From: Vicinamibacteria bacterium
Lineage (GTDB): Bacteria; Acidobacteriota; Vicinamibacteria; Marinacidobacterales; Marinacidobacteraceae
NCBI GenBank assembly: GCA_963668695.2
Contig: CAXXLQ010000004.1
Span: 3,264,001-3,328,000, forward strand
Length of the DNA stretch: 64,000 nucleotides
Reading direction: 5' to 3'
Shown: positions 51,040 to 61,254 of the stretch, piece after piece
Numbering within the stretch: the first letter of the stretch is position 1
Layout of the letters: each line of letters begins with the position of its first letter
Notes under the pieces: generated by a model
What the model saw: only the letters and a program-made list of their open reading frames with translations
Told to the model about the DNA's origin: nothing
The model's database searches: none
Translations under genes and position numbers: made by a program

Positions 51040-52037
51040 TCTCCGCCTCCGCCCACCGCGGGCTCCCGCACCTCGTCCTTCATCGCCTGGAACATCTCGG
51101 GGTATTCCAGTGCCGGGCCGAGCCAGTACCGCCATTCCGGCTCCCAGCCCGCGGGCGCCCGTTCCAGCAGGGTTCGCGCAGCCTGGGCCGCACCCTTCGG
51201 GTCCCCCAAGCTGAGCCTTGCCGCCACCAGTCCGGCGACGGCCGCGGGAGATAGCCGGGCTCGACGGACCGCCTCGGCGAATGCGGCTTCGGCGGCTTCG
51301 AAATCGCCGGCCGAAAGCGCCGCCTCCCCCCGGAGCATCAGGGACGCGAGGCGCGGAGACCCTCCCAGGCGCACCCCTTCGAGCCGATCGAGTTCGGCGA
51401 CAGCGTCCTCGGCCAGGCCGTAGTCGAGCAGCACCCCCGCGAGCTGCACTCGAAGCGCGGCCTCATCCGGAGTCTCCTCGAGGAGACGGGTGAGCAACTG
51501 ATGGGCTCGGGCCAGATACGCGGGTTCTTCACGCTGTCGGCCGAACATCCACAGTGTCGAAGCGAAGGCGGCGCGCAACGCACGGTCATCCGGAAGGTCT
51601 TCGAGCGCCGTCTCGAAGGCTGTCACCGCGGGGCCGACCGCAAGCTGCACCTGGTAGGAATAGCAAAGCGCCAGCCACCACCGGCGCGTCCAGTCGGTGC
51701 GCTCCTCCAGGTCCGGAATCGCCTTCAGCAGATTCCGCGCCATCTGCAGATGGGTCTCGGATTGCCCCTGGCCGACCGCCTCCGTATGGAGGAGAGCCGC
51801 AGTCTTGAGTTCCAAAACTGTAGGCCCCGACGCGATGAAGTCGCGGACCACCCGCTCGACGGAATCCGGAGCGAAACCGGCGAGCACCCGGCCCGAACTG
51901 ATGAAGAGTCCGCCGCGCACCTCGTTCAGCAGTCCCTGGTAGGCGTCGCTGTCGATCCGGCCCTGCGCCGGGGAGGGACTGGAGGAACCGACGATTGCCG
52001 CCAGCGCAAAAGCAACGGTTACAGACAACGAACGCAT
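51036..52037 (-). CDS. TPR-like secreted protein
   Basis: Signal peptide and helical repeats (GDFEAAEAAFAEAVRR). Confidence 0.7.
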   Translation of the reverse strand: MRSLSVTVAFALAAIVGSSSPSPAQGRIDSDAYQGLLNEVRGGLFISSGRVLAGFAPDSVERVVRDFIASGPTVLELKTAALLHTEAVGQGQSETHLQMARNLLKAIPDLEERTDWTRRWWLALCYSYQVQLAVGPAVTAFETALEDLPDDRALRAAFASTLWMFGRQREEPAYLARAHQLLTRLLEETPDEAALRVQLAGVLLDYGLAEDAVAELDRLEGVRLGGSPRLASLMLRGEAALSAGDFEAAEAAFAEAVRRARLSPAAVAGLVAARLSLGDPKGAAQAARTLLERAPAGWEPEWRYWLGPALEYPEMFQAMKDEVREPAVGGGGE

Positions 52038-52173
52038 CCAGATCTACGACCCGGAATGTAGCAGGATACGTGCCGCGGCGCCGCCTGGCGGGCAGCTTGC
52101 CGGCGGCGGCGTGCCCGTATCGAAGCGGGCGATGTAACGTAAAAAAGAACCCGCCGCATCCAAGGAACGCCCC

Positions 52174-53424
52174 GTGTCAGCGACTCCCCTCCCCCACCCC
52201 ACGCCTCGCGACCCGGTCGTGACCGGAATGGGACTGCTTTCCCAGGTCGGAACCGGAATCTCCGAACATCGGGACGCCCTCAAGCCCGGGACTCAGGTCC
52301 CCTTCTCGGTCTACGAACCAGGCGTGACCTGCCAGACCGGCTGCCAACTGGTGGGCGCCTACCGGGAACCGCTCACCCCCGGCGACCTCGGGCTCGAGCG
52401 CTCGGAAGCGCGCTTCATGGGCCGCATGTCGCTGCTCGCGGTGCGCGCCGCGCGGCTCGCGCTCGAACAGTCGGGACTTCCGACCCGGGATCTGGCGGTG
52501 GTGGTCGGAACCGGCACCGGCGAGATCGCGACGCACCGTGAAATGGTGCGCCGGGTCGACCGCGGCGGGCGCGTCCGGGTCCTGCCGACCACCATCCCGC
52601 GCATCATGGCCTCTACGGTTTCGGCCAACCTGGCCACGTTGCTGAAAACGCGGGGCCCTTCGCTGTCGGTGACCGCGGCCTGTGCCGGAGGCGCTTACAA
52701 CCTCGCCATCGCCGCCTCCTGGATCCGGGAAGGCGTCGTGGACCACGCCCTCGCGGGCGGAGTCGAGGCGGAGGACGTGCACTTCCATCTCGGGTTCGAC
52801 TCCATGCGCGCCTACACCCGGGTGGACAACCACCGCCCGGAGTGGGCTTCGAGACCCTACGCCGCCGATCGCGCCGGTTTCATCTTCGGCGAGGGCGCCG
52901 GCATCCTGGCCCTCGAGTCACGAGAATCCGCCGAGCGGCGCGGCGCGGAAATCCTCGGCTCCCTCCGCGGGTTCGGAATGTCCTCCGACGGGAGCGGAGA
53001 GATGGTGGCCCCGGACAGCGAGGGAGCGGAACTCGCCATTCGACGGGCGCTCCGCCACAGCGGCGTGCCCCGGGAGGCGATCGGCTATATCAACACCCAC
53101 GCCACTTCGACCCCCCTCGGCGACATCTCCGAGGTCCGGGCGATTCGCCGCGTCTTCGACGACGCCCTCGTCCCCTACGGTTCGACGAAGGGGTACACCG
53201 GCCACACGGTGTCCGCCGCCGGCGCGCTGGAGGCCGCCTTCACTCTCCTGATGCTCCGGGAGGGCTGGCTCTCCCCCTCGCTGAACGCGGAACCGCTCGA
53301 TCCCGAACTGGAGAACTACCCTCCCGTGCTCCGCCCCACCGGCACCGACGCCGAATGGGCCCTCTCGAACTCCTTCGGCTTCGGCGGCACGAACATCGCG
53401 CTCGTCCTCCGCCGCGAACGCTGA
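52174..53424 (+). CDS. Beta-ketoacyl-ACP synthase (FabB/FabF family)
   Basis: TAACAG, INTHATST, KGYTGH, NSFGFGGTN. Confidence 0.92.
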   Translation: MSATPLPHPTPRDPVVTGMGLLSQVGTGISEHRDALKPGTQVPFSVYEPGVTCQTGCQLVGAYREPLTPGDLGLERSEARFMGRMSLLAVRAARLALEQSGLPTRDLAVVVGTGTGEIATHREMVRRVDRGGRVRVLPTTIPRIMASTVSANLATLLKTRGPSLSVTAACAGGAYNLAIAASWIREGVVDHALAGGVEAEDVHFHLGFDSMRAYTRVDNHRPEWASRPYAADRAGFIFGEGAGILALESRESAERRGAEILGSLRGFGMSSDGSGEMVAPDSEGAELAIRRALRHSGVPREAIGYINTHATSTPLGDISEVRAIRRVFDDALVPYGSTKGYTGHTVSAAGALEAAFTLLMLREGWLSPSLNAEPLDPELENYPPVLRPTGTDAEWALSNSFGFGGTNIALVLRRER

Positions 53425-53914
53425 GGCCGAGCGGTCCGGAAGGGGGGCGCCTGACCGGAACGACGACCGACCGTTAGTTCTTTTGGTGGGCCCGCCCCCC
53501 TTCCGAACCGCCCGGCGCTTCGCGCCGGCAATCGAAACTCCCTTGCGCGCCTTCGGCGCGCGGCGGCGAGTTCCGATTGGTCGTTACCTTTTTGTGAAAG
53601 GGGGGCAGTAGCCCCCCTTTCACACTTTCCCCCCGGTCACGCGGGCAGCGAACGGGGTTCGCTGCCATTGTTTTTGCGGGCTCGGCAGTACGCCACCGCG
53701 CTTCAAGCGCGGGGACGGCTTGGAGCGCCGACCTCTGGGCAGTTCTCCCGGTGGGGCCCGGCACGCGCGGGAGCGCTAAACCAGCGCCGATGACGCTGCG
53801 TTCGGCCAACGGACGTGCCGCACGCTCTCCTGATCCCGGATGGCGCGACCGCTCGCCCCACCCCCCCAGGGCGATACCGTATTCCCCATGCCCTCACCCC
53901 AGCAAGAGAAACCC

Positions 53915-54310
53915 ATGCGCGTCGATCTCGAATGGAACGGAGCAACCGGTTACCACCTGACCACCCCCTCCGGGGCCTCGCTCACTCTCGATAGCGACGC
54001 GCAGGACGGGGCCTCTCCCATGCAGGCCCTGCTCGCCGCGGTGGCCGGCTGCATGGCGATCGACGTGGTGCACATCCTGAAGCGAATGCGCCGCGCTCCG
54101 GAACGGCTCTCGGCCCGCGTCTCGGGAGAGCGCGCCGACGACCATCCGCGCCGTTTCGTCCGGATACGGCTGGAGTTCACCGCCTCGGGCGGCGCCGTGG
54201 TCCAGGACCGCCTTGAGCAATCCGTCGAACTCTCCTTCGCGAAGTACTGCAGCGTCCTCCACAGCCTCGCGAAGGACACCGAAACCTCCTGGTCCGCCCG
54301 CATCGAATAG
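53915..54310 (+). CDS. OsmC family protein
   Basis: SPMQALLAAVAGC...KYCSV. Confidence 0.9.
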   Translation: MRVDLEWNGATGYHLTTPSGASLTLDSDAQDGASPMQALLAAVAGCMAIDVVHILKRMRRAPERLSARVSGERADDHPRRFVRIRLEFTASGGAVVQDRLEQSVELSFAKYCSVLHSLAKDTETSWSARIE

Positions 54311-54349
54311 CGGGACGGTGCACGCCCGCCGGCGCTTGACCGACCGTGC

Positions 54350-55501
54350 TCAGTGGGCTTCGATCGGAGAGAGGCCGTGCGGCCGCTCTCCCAACCGAAG
54401 CAATGGGTCGCGGATCTTCGAACTGTCCGTAGCGAGGTCTACCGTGATGAACCGGAACCGGCATCCCTGGATGATTGCCGCCTCGTCGACGTTCTCTCCA
54501 ATGGCAGGGTGTAGCAGGACCGCTTCCGTAGTCCACACACCGGGATCTTCAAGGCAGAGTTGGGAAAAGACGTACGCATAGATTTGGTAGAGATAACCGC
54601 TCCTCAAGGTGTCCTGTCCGAACTGACCCTGCGTGAGGATTCCAGTGAACTTCGTGTCGACAACGATCCTGCGATGGTCGGTGGCTTGTTCCAGAGTGAT
54701 GTCCGTCTGCATTCCAGGCAGGATCGACGTTGCACGAGGCGTGGCTTCCTCAACCTGCCAGCCGAGCCTACGGCTGCCTACCCTCCATCCCACTGGCTCG
54801 AGCGTGACTTCGTAGAACCCCCTAACGGCATGCTCGAAGAGGCGGCGGACCCATATATCTTCTCTTTCGGCCAACGGAAGGCGCTCCGTTCCGGGCGACT
54901 CCATGGGCAGGGTGAGATCCAGGGCCAGGGTCGCCGCGGAGACCATGTGGCGGTCCTCGGTCTCATGGCGGCCGATTGTGTCGGTGCTCATTTCTCGCCT
55001 GGTTGGTGCCTTTCCGGAAACCCCCAACGCCCGCATCGCGCCGGCCGCACGCCGACACCGGGTGCCGAGTTCGGGCTTCGTGACGAGGCCCGCAATTCGT
55101 TCGCAGGCAGCCCGAATAAAGCGGTTCCTTGGCGTGTCCATTGCCAGTTCCTCGAATCGGCAGGCAACGAGTCCCCGACTCAGCAGCTGGTGCCGTTCGG
55201 TCTCAAGCATGTCGATGCGGCCCCGAACCCGAGGAAGTGCCGCAGCGCGCCGCCGGTACCCGCTACTCAGGAGACGCCGGAGTCTCCTCTCCACAGCGTA
55301 GGCAAGTAGCTCCGCGACCAGGTCGGGTAGATTGTCAGGCGCGTCCTCGACAGCCGCATTGATGGCGCCCCGGTGACGCCATAGATCGGACGCGTAAAAC
55401 ATCAAGAGCCACAGATTTCGGACCGGCACGCGTCCTACGAAACCCGGCGTCGAAGCCTTCGTCCTCGCTTCGACAGATACCGAAGGGACTTCCACTACCA
55501 A
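54350..55501 (-). CDS. mcrC: McrC-like restriction subunit
   Basis: PVRNLWLLMFYA, LFEHAV, MQTDI, VVDTKF, LYQIYAY. Confidence 0.9.
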   Translation of the reverse strand: MVVEVPSVSVEARTKASTPGFVGRVPVRNLWLLMFYASDLWRHRGAINAAVEDAPDNLPDLVAELLAYAVERRLRRLLSSGYRRRAAALPRVRGRIDMLETERHQLLSRGLVACRFEELAMDTPRNRFIRAACERIAGLVTKPELGTRCRRAAGAMRALGVSGKAPTRREMSTDTIGRHETEDRHMVSAATLALDLTLPMESPGTERLPLAEREDIWVRRLFEHAVRGFYEVTLEPVGWRVGSRRLGWQVEEATPRATSILPGMQTDITLEQATDHRRIVVDTKFTGILTQGQFGQDTLRSGYLYQIYAYVFSQLCLEDPGVWTTEAVLLHPAIGENVDEAAIIQGCRFRFITVDLATDSSKIRDPLLRLGERPHGLSPIEAH

Positions 55502-56913
55502 CCCTTGACCAGTTCGAGTGTGGCGTCGTCCGCCTTCTTCGGATCATCGAACCAGTATTCCTGGAGCAGCGGCCCGATCTCAGTTTCGACGACATCGCGG
55601 AACCACTCCCTTGTAGCTCCGGTTGCAAGCGGCTCTGCCGGTGTGATGAAGCTGTGACCGACGCAGAAGTGACGGCCGAGATTCCGGTCTGTTCGAATCT
55701 GATCGTTCAGGTGTTGAACTCGCGTGGCGATATCGTCGGCAAGAGCGCCGTCGACCCCTCGTTCTTTCACGACCCAGTCCTTCCAGCGAGTGCCGATCTG
55801 AGGTTCCAGCGTCGCAAACGCGAACCGACGCCGCAGCGCAAAGTCCACCATCGCTAACGACCGGTCGGCCAAGTTCATCGTGCCAATCACATGTAGGTTG
55901 TCCGGCAGATAGACGGCTCGATCACCCCTTTCGTCCGCGTACGGAAGTTCAATCGCCTCCTCTGGCGTCCTCTTGTCGGTCTCAAGCAGCGTCAATAACT
56001 CCCCGAAAATCTGCGTTGGGTTGCCTCGATTGATCTCCTCGATAACGACCACAAACTGGGACTCCTGCGTATCCTGAGCCTCTCGCACGGCTGTCAGGAA
56101 CACCCCATCTACAGCCTTGAGAATGCCATCCCCTCCGGGGCGAAAACCGCGCACAAAATCCTCGTAGGAAAGGCTCGGGTGGAACTGGACCGTGCGGACT
56201 TTCTCGGGATCCTTCTTTCCGATCAGGGCGAACGCCAGTCGTTTGGCCAACCAAGTCTTGCCGGTGCCGGGAGGACCCTGGAGGATCAGGTTCTTCTTGG
56301 CTCTTAGGCGCCCGAGCAAACGTTGCAGATCCTCTTCGGCGAGAAAACACCCGTCATCGAGAATGTTCCCAATGGAGTACTCGGTGCGGTCCGGAGTGCC
56401 CTTCCGAGGATAGAGGTCTCTCCAGTAAGGCAAATCCAGGAAGCGTTCAATATCTTGCGGTTTCCCATCGAATGCGAAGGCGATAAGGGACTCCGACAGC
56501 CAACGCTCGTCGGCAGGTCGGTCTTCCGGATTGATCCTCCACAGCGTGGGCTGATAGGTGTAAAAGCGCCATTCGCGCGGCGGATCGAGAACCTGTTCCC
56601 AACTGACGTACACCTGTTGCCCATTGCCTGGATTGTGGGTGATTGTTCCGGTCGCTTTGATCCGCATCATGGAGACCCGCCGACCTCCTGTATCAAACGG
56701 ATGACCCTCCCTTCGCGTAAACACCGCCTTGATGGCAATGCGATCGCCCGCACGCATTCGGCGCACGTTCGTCCGAATGCCGAGCTTGTCTTTGCGGAAT
56801 CCGTGCTCCCAGATTCCCTCCGCCAGGAACCGCTGCGTCTGATCTTCTACTCCTCGCCAACTGGCGCCGACAAACCAAACCGGACGCGATCCCGAACCGT
56901 TCTCATCTCCCAT
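55495..56913 (-). CDS. mcrB: McrB-like AAA+ GTPase
   Basis: GPPGTGKT, QFHPSLSYEDFV, EEINRGN, MNLADRS, ALRRRF. Confidence 0.92.
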   Translation of the reverse strand: MGDENGSGSRPVWFVGASWRGVEDQTQRFLAEGIWEHGFRKDKLGIRTNVRRMRAGDRIAIKAVFTRREGHPFDTGGRRVSMMRIKATGTITHNPGNGQQVYVSWEQVLDPPREWRFYTYQPTLWRINPEDRPADERWLSESLIAFAFDGKPQDIERFLDLPYWRDLYPRKGTPDRTEYSIGNILDDGCFLAEEDLQRLLGRLRAKKNLILQGPPGTGKTWLAKRLAFALIGKKDPEKVRTVQFHPSLSYEDFVRGFRPGGDGILKAVDGVFLTAVREAQDTQESQFVVVIEEINRGNPTQIFGELLTLLETDKRTPEEAIELPYADERGDRAVYLPDNLHVIGTMNLADRSLAMVDFALRRRFAFATLEPQIGTRWKDWVVKERGVDGALADDIATRVQHLNDQIRTDRNLGRHFCVGHSFITPAEPLATGATREWFRDVVETEIGPLLQEYWFDDPKKADDATLELVKGW

Positions 56914-57176
56914 TTACTTTCTCCTTTCGTCACAGGATTCCCGGGACTACGTCCGGCATAGTCAGAAACCCGTTTTCTCTGACGATTTTCCCACGAGATC
57001 AGCTCCGCCGAGCAGACGTACGGGTCGCTGCTCAGGAACTGATCCGCGCGCTTAAGGGCCGCAACCCTGCGAGTCACACGGATGTCTCAACGACGCGATT
57101 CGCCGTCCTCGCGGGCCTGAAGGCCGGCGGGCCCTCTCCTCCTACGCCCGTAAACGATGCGGCGCGGACTCCGAGC

Positions 57177-59604
57177 CTACAGCGACCGGAGGGCCGCCCA
57201 CGAATCGCCGCGCAGCGTCCGGAACCCGGCGGCCGCCGAAGCGATCAGCATGATGAGCAGCAGCAGCGCCGCCGGCCCCAGGTAGAACAGCGGATCCCCG
57301 GTCTCGATCCAGGGCACGCGGGCCGCCACCGCCCGCGACACGAACCAGCCGAGCAGCGTCCCGAGCGACACGCCGGCCGCCGCCGCCAGCGCCGTGGAAC
57401 GAAACGCCCCCCACACCAGCAGGTCCGGGTCGGCGCCGAGCGCCATCCGCACCGCCGTCGCGTGGGCTTCCCGGACCACGAAGTCGGCGATGTGGCCGAT
57501 GCCCCCGACCACCGCCAGCAGCAGCCCGGCGACGGCGAAGATCCCGAGCGCGACCGCCGCCAGCAGCGGAGCGCCGAGTTGACGGATCCGGCGCTCCCGT
57601 ACCGACGTCGTCCCGGTCGCGCGCATCGAAGCGTCCACCTCGGACGGAAGACGGCTGAGCGCCGCCACCTGCCCGGCCGTCGGGCCCTCCCGGAACCGGG
57701 CCACCACCTCGACCTTGTGGTGACTGCCCCCATGCGGAGGGACCGCGAACGGGACGTACGCCGTGGGATAGAACGAAGTGTCCGGGAAGACGCGCAGGTC
57801 CGGCGCGACGCCAACCACCCGCGCCTCCGCGAATCCCAACAGCATCGTCTTTCCCACCACCGGTGCGGGGAGCTCCGAAGCCCGCGCGTAGGACTGGTCC
57901 AGAACCGCGACGCTCTCCGCTCCGGGCCCATCCGCTTCCCCGATGCCCCGGCCGGCAACGAGAGGAATTCCGAGCACCCCGAGCAGTCCCGGACTGACCG
58001 ATCGCGTCGCCCGTCCAGAGTCCGGATCCCGGGGCTGGCCGGGCCCGGCGCCGGTGAAGGTCACCATCCCCCCCGGCTCGTCCGGCAGCGCGTCGGTGTA
58101 GCCGGCGGCGGCGACCGCCGGGATCGCCTCGATCCGTTCGACCAGCCGGTCGAGCAGGACCACCTGCTCGCTGTGCGGCAGCGACGCCCCCCCGGAATGA
58201 CCGCCGAAAGTCCACCGTGAGCTGGGCTAGCCCCCGGTCCGCATAGCCGCCCCGGCCGGCGAAGAGCCGCCAGGCGCTCCCCCCCAGCACGGCGGTGGCT
58301 ACCAGGATCACGGTCGCCGCCGCCACTCCGAACGCCAGGGTGGGCGGGACCGTACGCATCCGGTGCGGGAGGGCGAAGCGCGCCATCCCCACCGCCTGTC
58401 GCCGCGTCCGCAGGGTGTCGAGCAGCGGCGCGGCCTCGGCCAGCGCAACGGCGAGCAAGGCGACGATGAACGCCCCTCCGGCGGCGCCCCAGCCGGCGGT
58501 CCAGCCCTCGGCGAACGGGAGTTCCGCCCCGTACCGGCGAAAGAGCGGCAGGGCCAACGCCGCCAGCAGCGCGCTGCCCGCGGTCACCGCCGCCGCCAGC
58601 AGGCTCACCCGGAAGACCGCCGCCAGGAATTCATCCCGGACGGAACCGCCGAGCGCCCTCCGGATCGCGGCGGCGCGGCGTCCCGCGACGGAGCGCGCGA
58701 GTCGCAGCCCGGAGACGCTGACCGCGGCGGCCAGCACCAGCAGGAGCGCCCCGGCGCGCAGGATCTCGAGCACGGGGCGCACCGAGGCCGTCAGCGCCTC
58801 GGACAGCGGGATCGCCTGGACCCGTTCTTCCTCCTGCCGGAATCCGGCTTCGCTGAGCAAGGCGGAGGCTTCGGCGGCGGCCGCCGCGGGCGAGACGCCC
58901 GGCCGGAGCCGTGCGAACGCATTTGAAGAACGCGACGATCCTCCCGGTGCGGCGCCCACCTGGCGGCGCCGGGCGGGCAGCCACGCTTCGCCCCGCAGCA
59001 GCGGGGTGACGAAGCCTTCCGGCATCACCCCGATGATCCGCGTGGGTTCGCCGTTCAACACGATCTCGCTGGCGACCGCGTCGGGCGAGCCGCCGAAGGC
59101 CGTCCTCCAGAGTCCGTGGCTCAGCAGGGCGACCGCTTGGCCCCGATCGAGCGTCCCCGGCGAGAACGAAGGGTTCGCAGCCGGCCCCTCGTGGTCTTCG
59201 GGAAGAAACGGCCTTCCCAGCAGCGGGGACACTCCGAGAACCTCAAGGAACCCCGGCTCCAGCGCCTCCACCCACAGCGAGCGTGCGGCCGGGTCTCCCA
59301 AGGTCATCGAAGCCCCCCACAGGTGTCCCACCCAGACGAAGGAATCCGCCCGTTCCCGCAGCAGGGCCGCTTCTCGATCGCTGAGGAAGCGCCCGAAGGG
59401 GGTTGCGGACTCCCCGCCGTTGAGGGCCACCAGTTCCTCGGGAGCGCGGTAGGGAAGCCCGACGCCGACCGTGGAATCCCAAACGGCGCCCACCGCGTGC
59501 CACGCCCCGACCGCAAAGACCAGCGCCATGACGACCGCGAGCGTGTTCGCGGGCGCGAAGGCCAGGGAGCGCCAGGCGGCAACGAAGGCGGTTGCGGTTC
59601 GCAC
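57177..59604 (-). CDS. ADOP-type duplicated ABC (MacB/FtsX) permease, frameshifted near 58208
   Basis: LGVSPLLGRPF, IIGVMPEGF, ARLRPGVS, IRRALG and VRMALGA; the two halves are in different frames. Confidence 0.75.
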
Positions 59605-59611
59605 GGGTTCC

Positions 59612-60403
59612 TCAGCGCGGACGCTCGCCGGAGCCCTGGTCCCCGTCCGCCAGCAGGGCCATGATCTCGCCCCCAATTCCCTGCGCCAGCATCGCCGGCG
59701 AGAGGGACCCCGGAGCGAGGTGGGGGTCGGCCCCGGCCGCGAGCAGCGCCCGCGCGGCGGCCAACCGTTCTTCCTCCCGCGCCTCGATCCCGAGAGGATT
59801 CGGAGACCGGCCCACCGACCAGCCGAACAGCAGTGCCAGGAGCGCGGTCTGGTTGTTCGGCTCCGCGTGCGCGTTGGGGTCGGCGCCGGCTTCGAGCAGG
59901 ACCGCGACGGCGTCCGCGCGGCCGAAGATCGCGGCCCGGTTCAACGGCGTGTTTCCCACCCGATCCACCGCCTCGACATTGGCTCCGGCGGCGAGCAGCA
60001 CCTCCAGCACGGCAACGGAACCGTTCGCCGCGGCGTGGTGCAGCGCGACGTACCCCCCGCTCTCGGCGTCGGCCGGAACGCCGTCGGCGAGCAGCTCGCG
60101 CACCAGGGCGGCATCACCCTCCCTCGCCGCCGCGACCAGCCGCCCGGCCGGGCTGTCGTCCGGCGGGTCCGCCAGAGCCCCGTTCGCCCCCGCGGCGCCC
60201 CCGGCCGGCGTTCCCGGCGCCGCGCGCACCACGACGCCGGGTTGCGCGGGGGCGGCGCCCGGCGCGTCGTCCGGCGCGTCGGCGACCAGGCTTTCGGCCC
60301 CGCCCGAGGACGGGGGCGACACCGTCCCGAGCCGGATGGCCGCGAACACCACCACGACGAGCAGGATCGCGAGTGCGGTGACGAATACGGTTCGAGGGCG
60401 CAC
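59612..60403 (-). CDS. Membrane-anchored ankyrin repeat protein
   Basis: ALHHAA, GNTPLNRAA, AGADPN; GTG start after GAGGAG. Confidence 0.85.
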   Translation of the reverse strand: MRPRTVFVTALAILLVVVVFAAIRLGTVSPPSSGGAESLVADAPDDAPGAAPAQPGVVVRAAPGTPAGGAAGANGALADPPDDSPAGRLVAAAREGDAALVRELLADGVPADAESGGYVALHHAAANGSVAVLEVLLAAGANVEAVDRVGNTPLNRAAIFGRADAVAVLLEAGADPNAHAEPNNQTALLALLFGWSVGRSPNPLGIEAREEERLAAARALLAAGADPHLAPGSLSPAMLAQGIGGEIMALLADGDQGSGERPR

Positions 60404-60413
60404 GGGATCCTCC

Positions 60414-61251
60414 TCAGCGCGGGCCCCGGTCGGGGCCGGCCGGATCCCCAGCGTACAGCCGCCCGATTTCGCCGCCGATGCCCTTCGCCAGTTCAACCGG
60501 CGGCGGGTGATCTCCGGGACCGAAGTGCGGATCGCCCCCGGCCTCGATGAGCGCCCACGCGGCGTTGAACCGTTCCTCTTCCTTTGGCGCGATCCCCGGG
60601 AACCTGCGCGTGAGACTCAGCGTCCAGCCACTCAGGATCGCCATCAGCGGTGTCATGTTATTCGGTGCCGCGTAGGCGTTCGGGTCGGCGCCGGCGCCCA
60701 CCAGAAACGCTACCGCTTCGGCGTTGCCGAGGAACGCAGCCTGGGTGAGTGCGGTGTTGCCGAACTGGTCCAGCGCCTCCAGGTGCGCGCCAGCCGCGAC
60801 CAGGAAGTGGAGCGCCGCAACCGAGCCGCTGCCGGCGGCCCCGTGGATGGCGAAGTACCCCGCGCTCTCGGAGTCCGCCGCTGCCCCCGCGGCAAGCAGC
60901 TCCCGCACGCAATGAGCGTCGCCCGCACGCGCTGCCGCCACCAGCAGCCCCGCCGGACTGGTGTCCTCCGCCGTGTCGGCTACCGGATTCCAACCGGAAA
61001 CCCCCGCCGGCGCGGCCCCGGCGCCCGACCCGGTCCCGGACTCCGCAGTTTCGGAAGTCGGCTCGGCCCCAGGATCCCCCAGGATCCGGCCCAGAATTCG
61101 GCCCAGAATTCGGCAAGGCCGCCGCCTCCTCGACCAGACCCCTGGACGGCGATGGGACCGCCGCGAGCCTGAGGGCGGCGAATACCACCACGAGCGCCAG
61201 CGACAGGAGGACACCTCCGAAAACCGCTCGGCGGCGGGTGAGCTGGGGCAT
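60414..61251 (-). CDS. Paralogous ankyrin repeat protein, frameshifted near 61078
   Basis: The N-terminal TM from ATG 61251 and the ankyrin body are in different frames. Confidence 0.75.
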
Positions 61252-61254
61252 GGC

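Noticed and set aside
53480-53760. Hairpin-rich intergenic region as an ncRNA or riboswitch
   Set aside because: Stems are present, but there is no recognisable family motif or second copy; a covariance search would be needed.
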